Shown piece by piece: positions 16,130 through 28,285 of a DNA stretch of 64,000 bases (the stretch's first letter is position 1; the number at the start of each line of letters is the position of its first letter). The stretch is from Mayamaea pseudoterrestris (taxonomy: Eukaryota), in the NCBI GenBank assembly GCA_027923505.1, contig BROI01000009.1, positions 62,001 to 126,000 on the forward strand, given 5' to 3'. The position numbers were made by a program, and so were the translations under genes. Under the pieces are notes generated by a model. It was not told the DNA's origin, searched no databases, and worked only from the letters and a program-made list of their open reading frames with translations.

Positions 16130-17707
16130 ATGACGACTATGACCACTAGCGGCAGCAGCATGAAGCGAGACTCGACGCGCGTCGTTGTTCCTCTGTACGA
16201 GCCGCCCAAGCCATCGCTCGCCGGCAGCCTCGTCAAGACCATTGTCAGCACCGTCACGGAAACGGCCGGATTGGTGAACCATGCTATACTTAGACATGAT
16301 CACACTGAACGCATCGAAGACGACGATTACCAGCATCAACGCGGAAATGGTAAACACTACATGCAGCAGCAGCAGCAGCAGAAATCTGCGTCGCATGCAG
16401 AACGCATGGATGATCCTCGATGGAGCGGCAAGTTGAATGACATGATGATGAGCCGACAAAGCTTGTCGTCGTCGCAAAAGAATCTGCTCAAGAGTTTTGG
16501 AAATAGCAATGGGATCAAGTCGCAACAGCAAGTCCAGCGCATGAGCTTGACGCCGCCACGAGCCGTCCAGAGCGGCGGACGCAGCGACAAGCTTCGGTCC
16601 ATCATGACAACGTCACCGACTGGTATTAGCAGCAGCAATAACCGCAACAATCAGGAGCTCTCCCAGTCTTGTCACTCCAAGATTGACGTATCAAAGAAAT
16701 CAGTAACGACGACTCGAAAATCCCTGTTGGTGGCACTTAAGCCGTCGGCGCGGGACGAGACGGATCACAGCGAAACGTCATCGACCGAGAATCACCCGAC
16801 GCGCATCGTTGCAACGACGCTTCGATCAACGAGTACTCAACATGAGGCTCCCCAAATGGTTCGTCCAAGGTCCATCAAAACGAGTGTGAAAAAATCAAGC
16901 GAGGAAACAACGACAACAGAAAAGTCGACACGACAAAAGCGCCACAGCGAGCGAAAGAAAGAGTCGCCAACAACATTATCTTTGCCGCCACGAAACTTGA
17001 CTCCTCCGCCGCGGCGGGCAAGGTCACGCAGTCGGGCTCGCCAAACGTCCAATACGGAGCGGACTGGGGTAACTGAAGGAGCGAGTCATATTAGTCGTTG
17101 TCGGTCTCGTCGAGCGAGAAGGAGCGAGGCGCCTACCGGTGGTCGTCGAATGACCAAGGAAGCAACGGAACAAGCTGAATTGTCCACCAAGTCGTCGCGT
17201 CAGTCCGCAGCTGCTCCATCAAGCTCCACTAGTCGTTCATCTGCACGCAAGGAAGCCACATCGGATTTAACCAAGTCATTGCTACAGCGAGTCGGCCGAC
17301 GCAGCACGCGCCACGGCGACGAGGAGCACCGCCGCACGTCAAGCGTTCCAAAGGCCAAGGCTGCCTGTCATCCAACCTTGACGAAATCAACAAAGCACAA
17401 GCTTGACGCTGTCAACCAGAAGTGGTCGCTCGAAAATATGTTTGCCGACTTGTCGGATTTTGCCTTTGCGCCAACGTCGACAAGTGCAGCAGCGGACGAA
17501 TTGTCGCGTAACGACGCACCAGCCATTGACTATGGCTACAGCAATGACGAACTTTGCCATAAACATAACAGCAACGACAAGCAAACAGGATACCATCGTC
17601 GACGCAGTGTTTCCATGGGAGCAATGGACCAACCATTGCGCCGGTCAAGCATCAAAATGGAAAGTGTCAAGTCGATTCTTCGCGCTCCAAAGAATCGATC
17701 AAAGTAG
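16130..17707 (+). CDS. Ser/Thr/Arg-rich, probably disordered hypothetical protein
   Basis: ORF over 500 aa with polyQ and S/T/R-rich tracts. Likely start at ATG 16130. No domain recognised. Confidence 0.7.
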   Translation: MTTMTTSGSSMKRDSTRVVVPLYEPPKPSLAGSLVKTIVSTVTETAGLVNHAILRHDHTERIEDDDYQHQRGNGKHYMQQQQQQKSASHAERMDDPRWSGKLNDMMMSRQSLSSSQKNLLKSFGNSNGIKSQQQVQRMSLTPPRAVQSGGRSDKLRSIMTTSPTGISSSNNRNNQELSQSCHSKIDVSKKSVTTTRKSLLVALKPSARDETDHSETSSTENHPTRIVATTLRSTSTQHEAPQMVRPRSIKTSVKKSSEETTTTEKSTRQKRHSERKKESPTTLSLPPRNLTPPPRRARSRSRARQTSNTERTGVTEGASHISRCRSRRARRSEAPTGGRRMTKEATEQAELSTKSSRQSAAAPSSSTSRSSARKEATSDLTKSLLQRVGRRSTRHGDEEHRRTSSVPKAKAACHPTLTKSTKHKLDAVNQKWSLENMFADLSDFAFAPTSTSAAADELSRNDAPAIDYGYSNDELCHKHNSNDKQTGYHRRRSVSMGAMDQPLRRSSIKMESVKSILRAPKNRSK

Positions 17708-17990
17708 AAAATTTATATAGAATGTATGAAGAAGTTTATAGTAGCAGGGTTTACCATCAACGCGTACCGTAGTTTATTGGCGAGTCGGCATTGGAGCAAT
17801 GCTGGCATTCATATGCCCTGAGCTTGATGCCGTGTACTTATTTGTTGGTGTCATTAGGTTTTGGAAAGCTGTAATAGGCGCAAGAAACACGTAGGTTTAC
17901 GTCATTTACTGTCGTTGAGTACGACGTACCGTGGATGCCATGCATACCAGGCAAACAATGATCCTTGAACTGCAGGATTGAGTTGAGTTG

Positions 17991-18019
17991 GCATGCATGC
18001 ATGCATGCATGCATGCATG
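17991..18019. repeat. (GCAT)n microsatellite, ~7 units, self-complementary
   Basis: gcatgcatgcatgcatgcatgcatgcatg read directly. Confidence 0.9.
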
Positions 18020-18356
18020 ACCAGGCTAATGTTGCTTGGCCAAAACCCGACAAGGGTTGAGCTGCCATGTCAGAAGCATGACCTGTAAAGTCCGCGTGGT
18101 CGCATGCGCGACAGCTAGGAAGTTCATATACACAATGCATATAGCTACTGTGCAGCAACAAATAAGCCATTTGCATTGGGCAATTCATCTCGAAATTATA
18201 GCGTTATCATTTACAGTTTGTCCCAAAGAGCCATGACTTTATAATGCGAAGAGCGCAGGCAGCGTTTTGCGTTGGCGTGGTGCATCAATATGTAATCATT
18301 CTCCAGCATTTTCCATCCAAACACTCTAATATTCAGCGCACTCACAGTCAGCAAAT

Positions 18357-18776
18357 CTACTTTTCCCAGAATCGAAAGCCAAAGTAAAAGACGGTTGCCA
18401 CGAATGGCGCAACGAAGCCTCCTCCCCAGAATAAAATGTTAAAGTTTCGCTTCTTGGCGGCAACTTCCTCCGGCGTTGGAACGTATCGCTCCTTCAAACT
18501 CACGAGTTGCGACGACGAAGACGAAAATGTTGCAGCGGCAGAAGATGAGGAAGAAGATTTCGCCAGGAATTGATCAATTCCTTGTTCCATTGGATTGATC
18601 GCTGCAATTGATTGCTGCTGATAATTGACGGCAGAAGAGTAGTCCAAGCTGACGGCTGGAGGCACGTTCATTCGAATGGCAGTGGTTGATCGTCGCTGCA
18701 GTGGCTGCACAATGAATCCAAGTGTCGACGCAAGTGACAATGCAAGTAAAAGAGCAGTAGTAGCAGTGGACTTCAT
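18357..18776 (-). CDS. Small putative plastid-targeted single-TM protein, 139 aa
   Basis: Signal peptide MKSTATTALLLALSLASTLG followed by F (ASAFAP-like cleavage), a Ser-rich linker, and a C-terminal hydrophobic segment NILFWGGGFVAPFVATVFYFGFRFWEK. Confidence 0.8.
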   Translation of the reverse strand: MKSTATTALLLALSLASTLGFIVQPLQRRSTTAIRMNVPPAVSLDYSSAVNYQQQSIAAINPMEQGIDQFLAKSSSSSSAAATFSSSSSQLVSLKERYVPTPEEVAAKKRNFNILFWGGGFVAPFVATVFYFGFRFWEK

Positions 18777-19254
18777 GATGGTAGCGATATGTAAATGTTA
18801 CAAGTCAGTAGGGAATGTCGTGATCGTTGGCTTGTTGTGCAGGTTGATGGCAAAGGATTTGCTTCTTCGTCGGCTGACGCCATTTAAGTACCGGAACGAC
18901 TATTTGTGTAGTTAGGGTTCACGTTACGGCCTTCGAAGCTTTGAAAACGTGACCGCAGTCGACTTTGCAATGACTCGTCGTCACAAAACGCCGACGCGAA
19001 CAAGCTACGAGTAAGTGCCATCTTCGCGTGAGCTTGCTTCGTGTTGCTAGCTTGCGTTGCATGTTGGCAGCTACTGTTCGCCAATCTGAGCACTGGTGGC
19101 TGACGCGATGGTAAGAAAACGATTGCTTACAGAGAGGGAGTTAGCTAGGAGTACGAGATGACTTGATGTAGACAAAGATGTATTTTAAAAAACAGTGAAT
19201 ATTAATATAGCAATTGTTGAGTAGCTAGCTATCCCATAGCGCATAATGTAGTCT

Positions 19255-19614
19255 TTATACCTTGCCAAACAAGGATAGGACGGGAGCTGCCGCGTATCGT
19301 CGCGGCATGATTGGTGCCGCATCCACAAGTGCCGTGACAAAGACGGCTTGGAGCATCTCGGAAGTGAATTCGCAGCTGCAGCACCGAACGGGGAGCTTGA
19401 GCGCTGTATCGACCGGTTGTTCCTGTCGTGTTGGCGATAATGGTCGTTGGTCCTGCTTGGTTTCGGTCTGTTCCCATCGATTGTTGTTGCTATCCGATGA
19501 CTTGCTGGCAGGCCGGGGCCGCTTGGATTTCAGTCCGTTTTTTCGTCGCCGAGTTAACGTTGGGCGACTGACTGGTGCAACAGGAGACCGAGCATTGTCG
19601 AATACAACCTCCAT
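19255..19614 (-). CDS. Small hypothetical protein with VxDNA / RW / PxxPxR motifs
   Basis: MEVVFDNARSP...NRWE...PLSPTRQ...LKLPVR...APIMPRR; a motif style I recognise from diatom hypothetical proteins. Confidence 0.6.
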   Translation of the reverse strand: MEVVFDNARSPVAPVSRPTLTRRRKNGLKSKRPRPASKSSDSNNNRWEQTETKQDQRPLSPTRQEQPVDTALKLPVRCCSCEFTSEMLQAVFVTALVDAAPIMPRRYAAAPVLSLFGKV

Positions 19615-20421
19615 GGAGCCAATGGAGAGGAGTTGTAGGTAGGTTAGTAGAGGCATGACTGTGTCGTTTAATTTTTGAGCGAAATTGTGAGACGAGGGAT
19701 TCGAATGCTCTCGGATGTGCCTGCGGAGGACGCTCGACTCGACGGGGGCACTGTTCGGAGCGTTCGGATCGTCTCGGAGATACTTGACTGATATTTATTA
19801 TTTAATCCACCATCATGAGAATGACCGAAGGCGTATTGCCACGCAAGATCATCGAGGCAATTATGATGTCATGGTATCTTGGAATGACCTCCGTTGAACC
19901 CTGTTCGACGACCGAAAGAAGTTCCGTCAGCCTTGTTGCGTGCGCACGAAATGGTTGTTTTTCTAAAATGACAGGTGAGCTGGGTCGGTGGAATGATTCG
20001 TCGGCACAACTCAGTCGGTCGGAGTACAGTCATTGACCTGTGGCCAGGAAGGCTTGAAGCATGCTGACGGCCAATCCGAGGCCGACTCACTCAGCCCATT
20101 CATCCAGGATTCTTCGGTGGGTCGCTTCAAGTTGACGTCGTGGAGAGAAAGTGTTCAAGTCTTGCTGACTCGGCTGCAAGACATACGTACGATAGCTAAT
20201 TTTAAAGCATAATCGCCGCTGTAACCACGCAAGCTCTTTACACGACCGGCTGGCGTGAGTCATCCGAACATTCAAAGTCATTCTATCATTTGAACGACTC
20301 ATAAAAGGAAGGGCATAATTACAATGCGATGCGTTCCACTTGGACGTTCGATTGCTGTCGAAGAAGGAAAACTCTGCCGAGGTCAAGCACTTCTAACTCA
20401 CTTGTCGTCGCTACAGTAAGC

Positions 20422-21042
20422 ATGAGCGATTCGAGCACCAGTCGATCCAGTAGAGGACCCGAGGATTCGGAAGTCTTGACAGTGGCAACCACCAAAAGCG
20501 GAGCAGTAGCATCAACACCAGTAGTTCAACATCAGCATCATCCTGCTCATAATCAGCATGCAGCAGCAACGACACCCTCCTTGACATCACCAGCGGGAGC
20601 CAAGCGACAAAGCAAACTCAAGGGCATGTTGACTCGAGGCATTCACGGAACTGGTGGCGCCCATGGTGTCAATCAGTCACATGCAGCCGCCGCCTCGGAA
20701 CTAAACGCTGGTAGCACGCACACGCACAACAATCACACTGCTGTCGTGCCAAACATGTTGCTTCGACCGAGAATGGAAAAGAACCAGGAATCGACGCGAC
20801 TGCAGCAGGATCGCTTGGCCATCATGAAAAAGATTGAAGCAACGACTAGTCGAGCGGCGCGCGACATGGACAAAATTCGAAAGGAGTCGCTACTGAAAGA
20901 AAACAAGGTGCGAGCTGAAATTGAGCAGCTCACCAAGGACTTGAGTCTCATTGGAGCGGATGACGCCAAAAAGATCAAGTCGATTCAGGAACGAGAGGCG
21001 AATGAATTGGAAAAGCTTGTGCAGGAGTTGAAGCGGCTGTAA
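20422..21042 (+). CDS. Hypothetical protein, disordered N-terminus and C-terminal coiled coil
   Basis: ORF with an S/T/H-rich N-terminus and an E/K/R/L heptad-like C-terminus. Confidence 0.7.
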   Translation: MSDSSTSRSSRGPEDSEVLTVATTKSGAVASTPVVQHQHHPAHNQHAAATTPSLTSPAGAKRQSKLKGMLTRGIHGTGGAHGVNQSHAAAASELNAGSTHTHNNHTAVVPNMLLRPRMEKNQESTRLQQDRLAIMKKIEATTSRAARDMDKIRKESLLKENKVRAEIEQLTKDLSLIGADDAKKIKSIQEREANELEKLVQELKRL

Positions 21043-21156
21043 TGGGAGCTTGGAGCTTGGTGTAGTTTGTGTTTTGTGTTGCATGGGGAATGCGTGTTTG
21101 AGTTGTATTAGTTTATAGTAGTGACATATATGTTTATTCTCTAGTTTCGCGAAATG

Positions 21157-21777
21157 CTATCTTGAGCTATAACTCGTTGTTGGAAGACTTGATCTCTCCT
21201 CCAGGAAGCGGCGCTTGACTTTCAAATAAACCAAGGAAAAGGGACCATACAATGTTCCGTAGTAGATTGGCATGTTCAAAAGCTCCAACCGCAAATGCAG
21301 AAACTGAAACAAGTTAATGACGATCAAGAATCCAAAGGAAATAAAAATAGCGAGCAGTGGATACACCGGAAGATTTTGACAAAAGGCGACTAGCAAGGCT
21401 TGCAGAAACGATTTAATTTCCAACTTGCTTTGGATTCGTCGGCAGTCGAAATACAAGGCAATGGTGTATGCCAGAATGACTAGCAGAATCTTTGGAACAT
21501 GCAAAAAGCCTTGCAGCACTTCAGTTACAACATGGGCGGCTCCAGAGACGCGTTCGAAAAGGTTAATAGTGAGGACTACGGCACCTCCGACGAGAACATG
21601 CGGCCGGCCGAGCAAGCGTGATGGTTGCTGGTTTGGAAATGAATTTGCTGTCAGCAAATGATATTCAGTCGCAACATACGTGATGAACAAGGCATTTAGG
21701 ATCTCTGAAATCATTCTAGAAGTCACATTGGTCATTGGTCCATGCGCCATGGCGGCAACAACCATACGTTTCTCCAT
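21157..21777 (-). CDS. Hypothetical multi-pass membrane protein
   Basis: 206-aa ORF with several hydrophobic segments, ending convergently with the previous gene. Start uncertain. Confidence 0.65.
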   Translation of the reverse strand: MEKRMVVAAMAHGPMTNVTSRMISEILNALFITYVATEYHLLTANSFPNQQPSRLLGRPHVLVGGAVVLTINLFERVSGAAHVVTEVLQGFLHVPKILLVILAYTIALYFDCRRIQSKLEIKSFLQALLVAFCQNLPVYPLLAIFISFGFLIVINLFQFLHLRLELLNMPIYYGTLYGPFSLVYLKVKRRFLEERSSLPTTSYSSR

Positions 21778-22026
21778 GGTCGATGGTCGATCCTTTCAAT
21801 AACATTATGTTGAAGTCGATGTCCTCCACATTATTGCCCCGAACCCAAAGCGAACATGAAAACTGCAAGGCAATGTTCGGGAGAATGGCGTTCACCCTCG
21901 CGAAAACCGTGACTTTGCGGAGCGATCTTCTCCAACTTTTGATCTTGCTTGACGATTCTCCCGCCGGCCAACTCTCACAATTTCCTTGACCCGAGTGTTT
22001 CAAGCGTTTGCAAAAAGCGAAAGATA

Positions 22027-24823
22027 ATGGGTTGCATCAGTGCAATCGCCGCCTTTATCGCCTGCATCCTGCAGTGGCCTTCGAGGCGCATTCTCGTGCT
22101 CTTGGGCATGGGAAGCTACTTGTTCTGGATTGCCGTTGTTCATCACCAAGCGTCGACGTGGATGAGGGCGGATATTTTGGCCGTCGCAGAGTTCATTGCG
22201 CCGTTCGAAATGCTAAATGGACCAAAGGCTGCGTGGATCTCCTTTGCGAATCATGAAGCAAGAAGGCGTGACGTGCATCAAGACATTGAGCCAACTATTC
22301 CCGTCGCTTCAGAAAGGACCTTCAACGAAAGTAACATTATCGAATTTGAAACCCGCAACGAGCAAGAAGATGGTGATGAATTTCAATATGTTACTACGAT
22401 CGCGAACGAAACGTTGGTTGAAACCTACAATACTAACCTAACCGACACCACACCGGAGACGGTCGTCGCCATGCGGCTCGCCGCGAATGATGTTACAGCA
22501 AGTTCCAACTTGATATTGGCCAGCCAGAGCGTTGAGCCACAGGGTCAGTTTTCTCTCGCTTTTTCTGATACCCCCGAATGCAGTCCCTTGCGAGTCGACG
22601 AGCTTGCCTTCACTTTGGTCACTCAGTGTGACGACGAACGAGTTGAAATGGTGGCGCAGCATTGCTTGAGGTGGACTGGCCCACTGTCCGTTGCCGTTTA
22701 CTCTTCGCGCTCTGCCGAGGAGATCAAGAATGATATTGTCGCTCTCGGTTGCATCAGAGACCAGCTCCACGTTGCGACGCTCAACCCACTTGATTCCGTC
22801 TCCAACGATTATCCGGTCAACCATCTTCGTAATCTAGCGCTCGGTCTAGTGGAAACCTCTCACCTTGTCTACATGGACATTGACTTCTTACCAAGCAGTG
22901 ATTTGGAGTCAACACTGGAGTCAGATAACATTCAAAAAGCTTTGATTGAGGACCATAAGCACGCGCTTGTCATTCCCGCGTTCGAGTATAAACCCGCCTG
23001 TCAAAATTGCAGCACGCAAGAGGAGCTCCTTGGTCGCATGCCGCGCACGAGAGACGAGTTGATGCGTCTTCACGACGAAGGAGAAGCGTCCATGTTTCAT
23101 GAGTACTGGCCCGTCGCTCACGATTCTACCGACTATGCCATGTGGAAGCATCAGGCGCACGGGAGCCTGTTGGAAATATCGTGCATCAGATCAAACCACT
23201 ACGAGCCATACTTGATTATTCGCAAGTGCGCCGAGATGCCTCCTTTCCAAGAAGCCTTCAAAAATTACGGATACAATAAGGCGAGTTTTACCATGCAGTT
23301 GCAGGCCATGCAGTATAGATTGAGTCAAGTCGGTGGTATCTTCTGCACACATTTTCCACATGCGGTTTCTAAGGCACGGCAACTTTTTGACCAAGACAAG
23401 TCGAAGAAAACGGGTCCCCGCCTAGAAATTGCTGAACTGGTCAAGAACTATACGCGGTGGTTAGACCAGACTTATGGACATAACAAGCCAAGCGTACCAA
23501 ACTGTAAGGACATTGACAATGGTGGGTCAAACCAAGGGTTGTCGTTTGAAGTTAAAAATGCAGCGGCACCTGTAGATGATCATCAAGACAGCACACCTTT
23601 CCTGCAGGACTCGCCGGCGCTTGGTGTTTGTAACGATATCACGCCGGAAGAAGTAAGCTACTCACTAGCCACCCAGTGTAGCGACGACCGCCTCTGGATC
23701 ATGGAGCATCACTGTCGGCGCTGGGGCACGAACAACGCCATGCATGCCATGTCTCTTGTAGTTTATACAAATGATACACTATCCGATACGAAACAAAAGC
23801 TGATGAACCTTGGTTGTCCGGTGGACAATGGAATGACTGTGCAGGTTTTTCCGCAGGTTTATGAAGACAAGGACTACCCAGTCAACGACTTTCGCAATCG
23901 AGCACTTGAGGCGGTCAATACGACTCATGCCGTCTTTCTTGATGTAGATTTTTGGATCTCGAGCAACTTATATTCGACTTTAAACGAGCCGCCAATCAGG
24001 AATAGATTGTCCGAGTCGGTACAGAACGCCATGGTGGTTCCAGCGTTTCAACTCTTGTCGCAGTGCAAGGAAAAGTATCTGGACTGTCCAGACAAACACA
24101 TTCCGATGATGCCAGATGTCAACGATGATGCAATGCAAGCCAACATAGATAGTGGCGAGATTACAGTCTTTAACGTCATTCATAACCGCGACGGGCATGG
24201 AAGCACGCGATATGATTTGTGGGCCACGCAACAGGCCGACCAATTGCTAGAGATCGACTGCGTCAAGTCCAACCGCTATGAGCCATATCTTGTAGTTCGA
24301 GTGTGTAATGAGTTGCCTCCCTTGCAGGTAAGAAAATTCGGCTGTACCGAGAAAGATGTATCGTGAAACCGTGTTTCAGAAGCCCCTTGCAAAAATCGGC
24401 CAAACACCGTCGATCATGCGTTTCTCACCGCAATTTATTGCTCTGATCTGGTAAACACAGCCTGTATGGAAAGGCTTTGGAAAAAATAAGATCTCGTGGA
24501 TACTTCACTTGCGCCGCCTTGGGTGGCGGTTTTTTCAAATGGGTCAAGGATTCGTCATCCATTACCCACACAAGGATTCCAAGGCCAAGCGCGCCTGGAA
24601 AGGCGGAAGCATTCGCGGATTCAAGCCATCTGACAATGCTACGATCTTTGAAGACTCCATGAGAAGTCAGAATGACCAATTGTTTGTAGAATTTCGTCAA
24701 TGGTTAGCCGAGTCCGTCCCGAACCGCACCAAGATTCACAAGTGCACCGATGACGGCGTCTCCCAGGATGATGACGCTGCCTTGTGGGTAACTCGCGACG
24801 AGGACAAGCCAGTCGCCTTCTAA
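22027..24823 (+). CDS. Glycosyltransferase with two tandem GT49 (LARGE/B4GAT1-like) domains; 2 exons 22027-24327, 24461-24823
   Basis: N-terminal TM anchor. The set TQC..R, W.GP.S, YPVNxxRN, DxDF, YEPY and GYNK/GKNK occurs twice (the second W.GP.S copy is degenerate). A GTAAGA..CAG intron at 24328-24460 restores the second domain (PPLQ|PVWKGFGKNKISW). Confidence 0.85.
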
Positions 24824-25210
24824 TTAAGCTGACTATCAAATACTTAGTTGATAGTTGGGTTGATAACGCATGTTAAACTTTCCAATCTTGTTTCATCGTA
24901 CGGTGTGCGTTTCGCCAGGTCGTGGCACTGTGTGACCTCCTCGGAGAGTTAACATATTCTCACAATAGATAAGTAGATGCTCGTGATAACTTGCTCCGAT
25001 GAGAGCATGTCAGTAGCGATGGATTCCTTGCAAAACAAAACAACCACGTCATCGCCGTCGGACTGTGCAATTAGATTAAAAGAGTCGCATAGCTGCTTGC
25101 CCAAAAATATATAATGAAGGCGCACGGCAGATGTACTAGAGTTCGAAGCCAATGGCCAATGCAAATCAACTCGTCACTAATAACTGTTCGGAAGGACAAT
25201 TGTCTCAAGC

Positions 25211-26968
25211 TCAAAGCATGTTACTCTTTCCGCAATCATCCAGCGCTTGACGAAACTCTTGATACTCCCAACTCGCGCTTTCGTCACCGCCATCGGAACC
25301 AACCCATGGTTCCCTCGGCTCGACACGTAAAAAGACATCTTTACTCATGGTTAGATATAGCTCCGTATCCAGTGCCGCCTTGGAGTCTTGCACATCGGCC
25401 TTGATTTGCGCAATCAAATCGGGAAACGATGCAAACTTGATTTCCGGCCGCAAATAGGCAAGCAGTTGCAGCCGCATGGGTGCGCCGTAAAAGTCATCCA
25501 GCCCATCTTCGTCGCCTTGTTCCAGCATCAGGTGAGCCTCAACAATCTTTTCCAAATTCTCCTGGCCGGCAAAGGTTGGCGAGTATCCAATGTTGACCAC
25601 GGCCTTTTGTGGAACGTTGCGGCCGCGTTGGTTGATACTACCATCGCCACTTGCATCTCCACCGCCGTTTTCAATCACGGCCCATCCAAAGTATACTCCC
25701 GTATCCAAATCTTGTATCGCCTGACGAAAGAGCGAACTGGGTAGATTGGCCGTCGGAAAGCCCAGCTTCTTGCCGCCGCGACCATAGCCAGTGTCCACGG
25801 TTCCTCGCAAGCGAATGACTTGAGCGAGTGCGCGGTAGCGAACCTTGCGTGCCGATGCAAAGTACAAGGTATGTCCGTGATCATTGGTGCTGCTGCCGCA
25901 CGCAGGTGACTCGTTTAAGTACTCGTCAATCTCCAGCGGCAAATTCAATATCACGTTTTGAAATTCGAGCCGTGAATCTGGCAGCAAGTGCGGCACCGTC
26001 TCGGGCGATTCTTCGTGCAGCTTGGCGACAAAGCTGGCTCCCAATGGATGCGAAATAATCAACGTTCCGCCCAGCTTGAGTAGATTGTTGGCAACATGCT
26101 TTAAAACGGCTCGTGGTTCCATGAAATTGCCAAAGCACGCGTTCATGACAACGGCGTCGTACTTGCTGGATTCATCCGTTTCGTCATTCATGTACTGTAA
26201 AATGTCGCTCACAACAAAATCAATCTTGGCGTTGCTCAGTGACTCATTGTCGTGACGTCGTTCGCGTGCCTTTGTAATCATGTTTGGACTCAGGTCAAGG
26301 CCAGTAATGTGCAAGGGTCGACTCGATCGAGCCGCACCGGCTGCTTCCAGAAAGTAGGAGTGCAAGACACCAGTGCCGCACGCCACGTCAAGTATTCGTA
26401 TCGGCTGCTGCTCTTCTTGTTGTTGCGATTCTTGGTTACCATGACGAACTTGCTGGTCGATGATGCGAGTGCAAATCTGGCGCAACGCCGGTTCAACCTC
26501 GGGCGGAACGGCCTCGTCGGAGGCAAAGTAGGAGGCAAACTCGTCAAAGACGCTTCTCTGGTGATTCAAGAATTTTGATTTTTCTGTATTTGAAGCGTTT
26601 GCACTATTAGTTTCTTCGTCATTTTCGATAGAGCCTTCATTTTTTGTCGCTTCTGCTAATTGCTGCCTTCGCGAGAGTTGCTGCTGCCGAACAGCAAATT
26701 CATCGGCGTCGAAAGTACCAGAGGTCATGCGTCGCGACGTCATGCGTCCATGTACAAATGTTTGATGTGAACTGAGTCGTCTCATCGTCGTTCTCGCTAA
26801 ATCAATGCGAGATTTGCTCGCATGAAAGACGGACGACGAAGAAAAAATGCCGACGAATTTGCTCCTCTTCACGTCAGCCGTCAGTTGAAAGGCCAACGAT
26901 TTTTGTAGCATCAGAATGTTCAGCAGTAACATAAGTATCTGTTGAGACTTGCTGCAACAGAAAGCCAT
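25211..26968 (-). CDS. Class I SAM methyltransferase domain fused to riboflavin kinase, with a probable plastid-targeting leader
   Basis: Methyltransferase motifs ILDVACGTG, TGLDLSPNMI and YDAVV. Flavokinase motifs GRGGKKLGFPTAN, GVYFGWA, NIGYSPTF, EAHL and LRPEIKF. Hydrophobic leader ending SLA-F. Confidence 0.85.
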   Translation of the reverse strand: MAFCCSKSQQILMLLLNILMLQKSLAFQLTADVKRSKFVGIFSSSSVFHASKSRIDLARTTMRRLSSHQTFVHGRMTSRRMTSGTFDADEFAVRQQQLSRRQQLAEATKNEGSIENDEETNSANASNTEKSKFLNHQRSVFDEFASYFASDEAVPPEVEPALRQICTRIIDQQVRHGNQESQQQEEQQPIRILDVACGTGVLHSYFLEAAGAARSSRPLHITGLDLSPNMITKARERRHDNESLSNAKIDFVVSDILQYMNDETDESSKYDAVVMNACFGNFMEPRAVLKHVANNLLKLGGTLIISHPLGASFVAKLHEESPETVPHLLPDSRLEFQNVILNLPLEIDEYLNESPACGSSTNDHGHTLYFASARKVRYRALAQVIRLRGTVDTGYGRGGKKLGFPTANLPSSLFRQAIQDLDTGVYFGWAVIENGGGDASGDGSINQRGRNVPQKAVVNIGYSPTFAGQENLEKIVEAHLMLEQGDEDGLDDFYGAPMRLQLLAYLRPEIKFASFPDLIAQIKADVQDSKAALDTELYLTMSKDVFLRVEPREPWVGSDGGDESASWEYQEFRQALDDCGKSNML

Positions 26969-28285
26969 GGTATGGTTGGCGGTAGGATAAGGAAGTGATA
27001 GTTGTGATGGGTGGATCGGATCATCGTCATCGCCCGTCGCACGCAGTGTCGCATTCATTGCCGCTACGACGCGTAGCTATGTTTCCGCCACTTTCTTCGT
27101 CAGTACTACTGCATGGCAAAACAAAATGAAACAGAAAAACACATTGGTCATGCACGCATTGGACACGCTTAAAGCACCAAGTCCGCTTCGACATCGAAGC
27201 AACGGAACGATTTTGTCGGCCGTACCTCAGTTTGGTTGTGAGCCTTGGCCGCTGCAAAAAGCTCAAGGTGAGCCACGGGTCACGAGCCGACAATGAGTGT
27301 AGCTTTCGCGGCCTATTAGTGTAGCAGCAAGAAGAAGTTGCTCACAGAGCTTTTCTAGGGTTGTGTGCGTCCCAATGCAGAACAATGTGCGGATTTGTGG
27401 CGGCTCCTTGTCGGCTTTCCCGTGGCTGATTGTAAGGGACCATGAAACATCGTTCTCCAATTATACTACAGCGCCTCCTAGCTAATTACACCCAAGTGAC
27501 TCTACTAGCGCTGCTGCGTGTATTTTCCTTTTGATTTCGTCTTTGTTTCATCACTCGCCAAGTTGGACTTCATCACTCCCACTGAGATTGCCTCTCCGAC
27601 ATTTCCCCCGGTTTTACTGTAAACTCGAATTACCAACCTTTAAATAAAAGAACGTTCAATCATTGCTGGGTGCGGCGTTTCATCGTCACCCACATCTCCT
27701 ATCCAATTTCGACCTTGGTTTGCCGCGCCCACCCAACAACTTTTTTGCAATGTGGTTAAATCGCAACGAGCCATATTGCTGATTCTTTTGTCGGAATAGT
27801 TAGTTGATACTATCACACCAACTAATGTATAGGCTCCTGTATAAAGTGTTGTTACTGTCGTGACAGTGTCCTTTTATGTTGGTATTTTGATGGCATCCGG
27901 TCAGCGATCGTCCCCTGGGATAGTAGCTAAAGGGCGCGAAAACGCCCGCGAGACGCAACGAATTGAAAGTCAGTGGCGAGAGCTGGCTAGTGACATGGAA
28001 GCCATAATGCTCTACCGCGCCATCTTTCTTGTCTGTGCGGCTAGTTTCCAATCTCTGCACGGCAGGCTGCATTCGGTTACGTTGTAAGTCGGGCCATCGC
28101 GCCATTCCGGTAGCTAGAATTGAACCGCTGCGACGTGTTCTGACCGTCGCTCGTGTCGCAACGTGGAGAACCAATGTGCGTCGAGAGAGCACTCATCACC
28201 ATGATGGATCGAGAGTGAGAGATCCATCACTCACTGTCACCTCTACACCTTCCCGTCTCTATGCTCGACGACTGCATAAATACTA

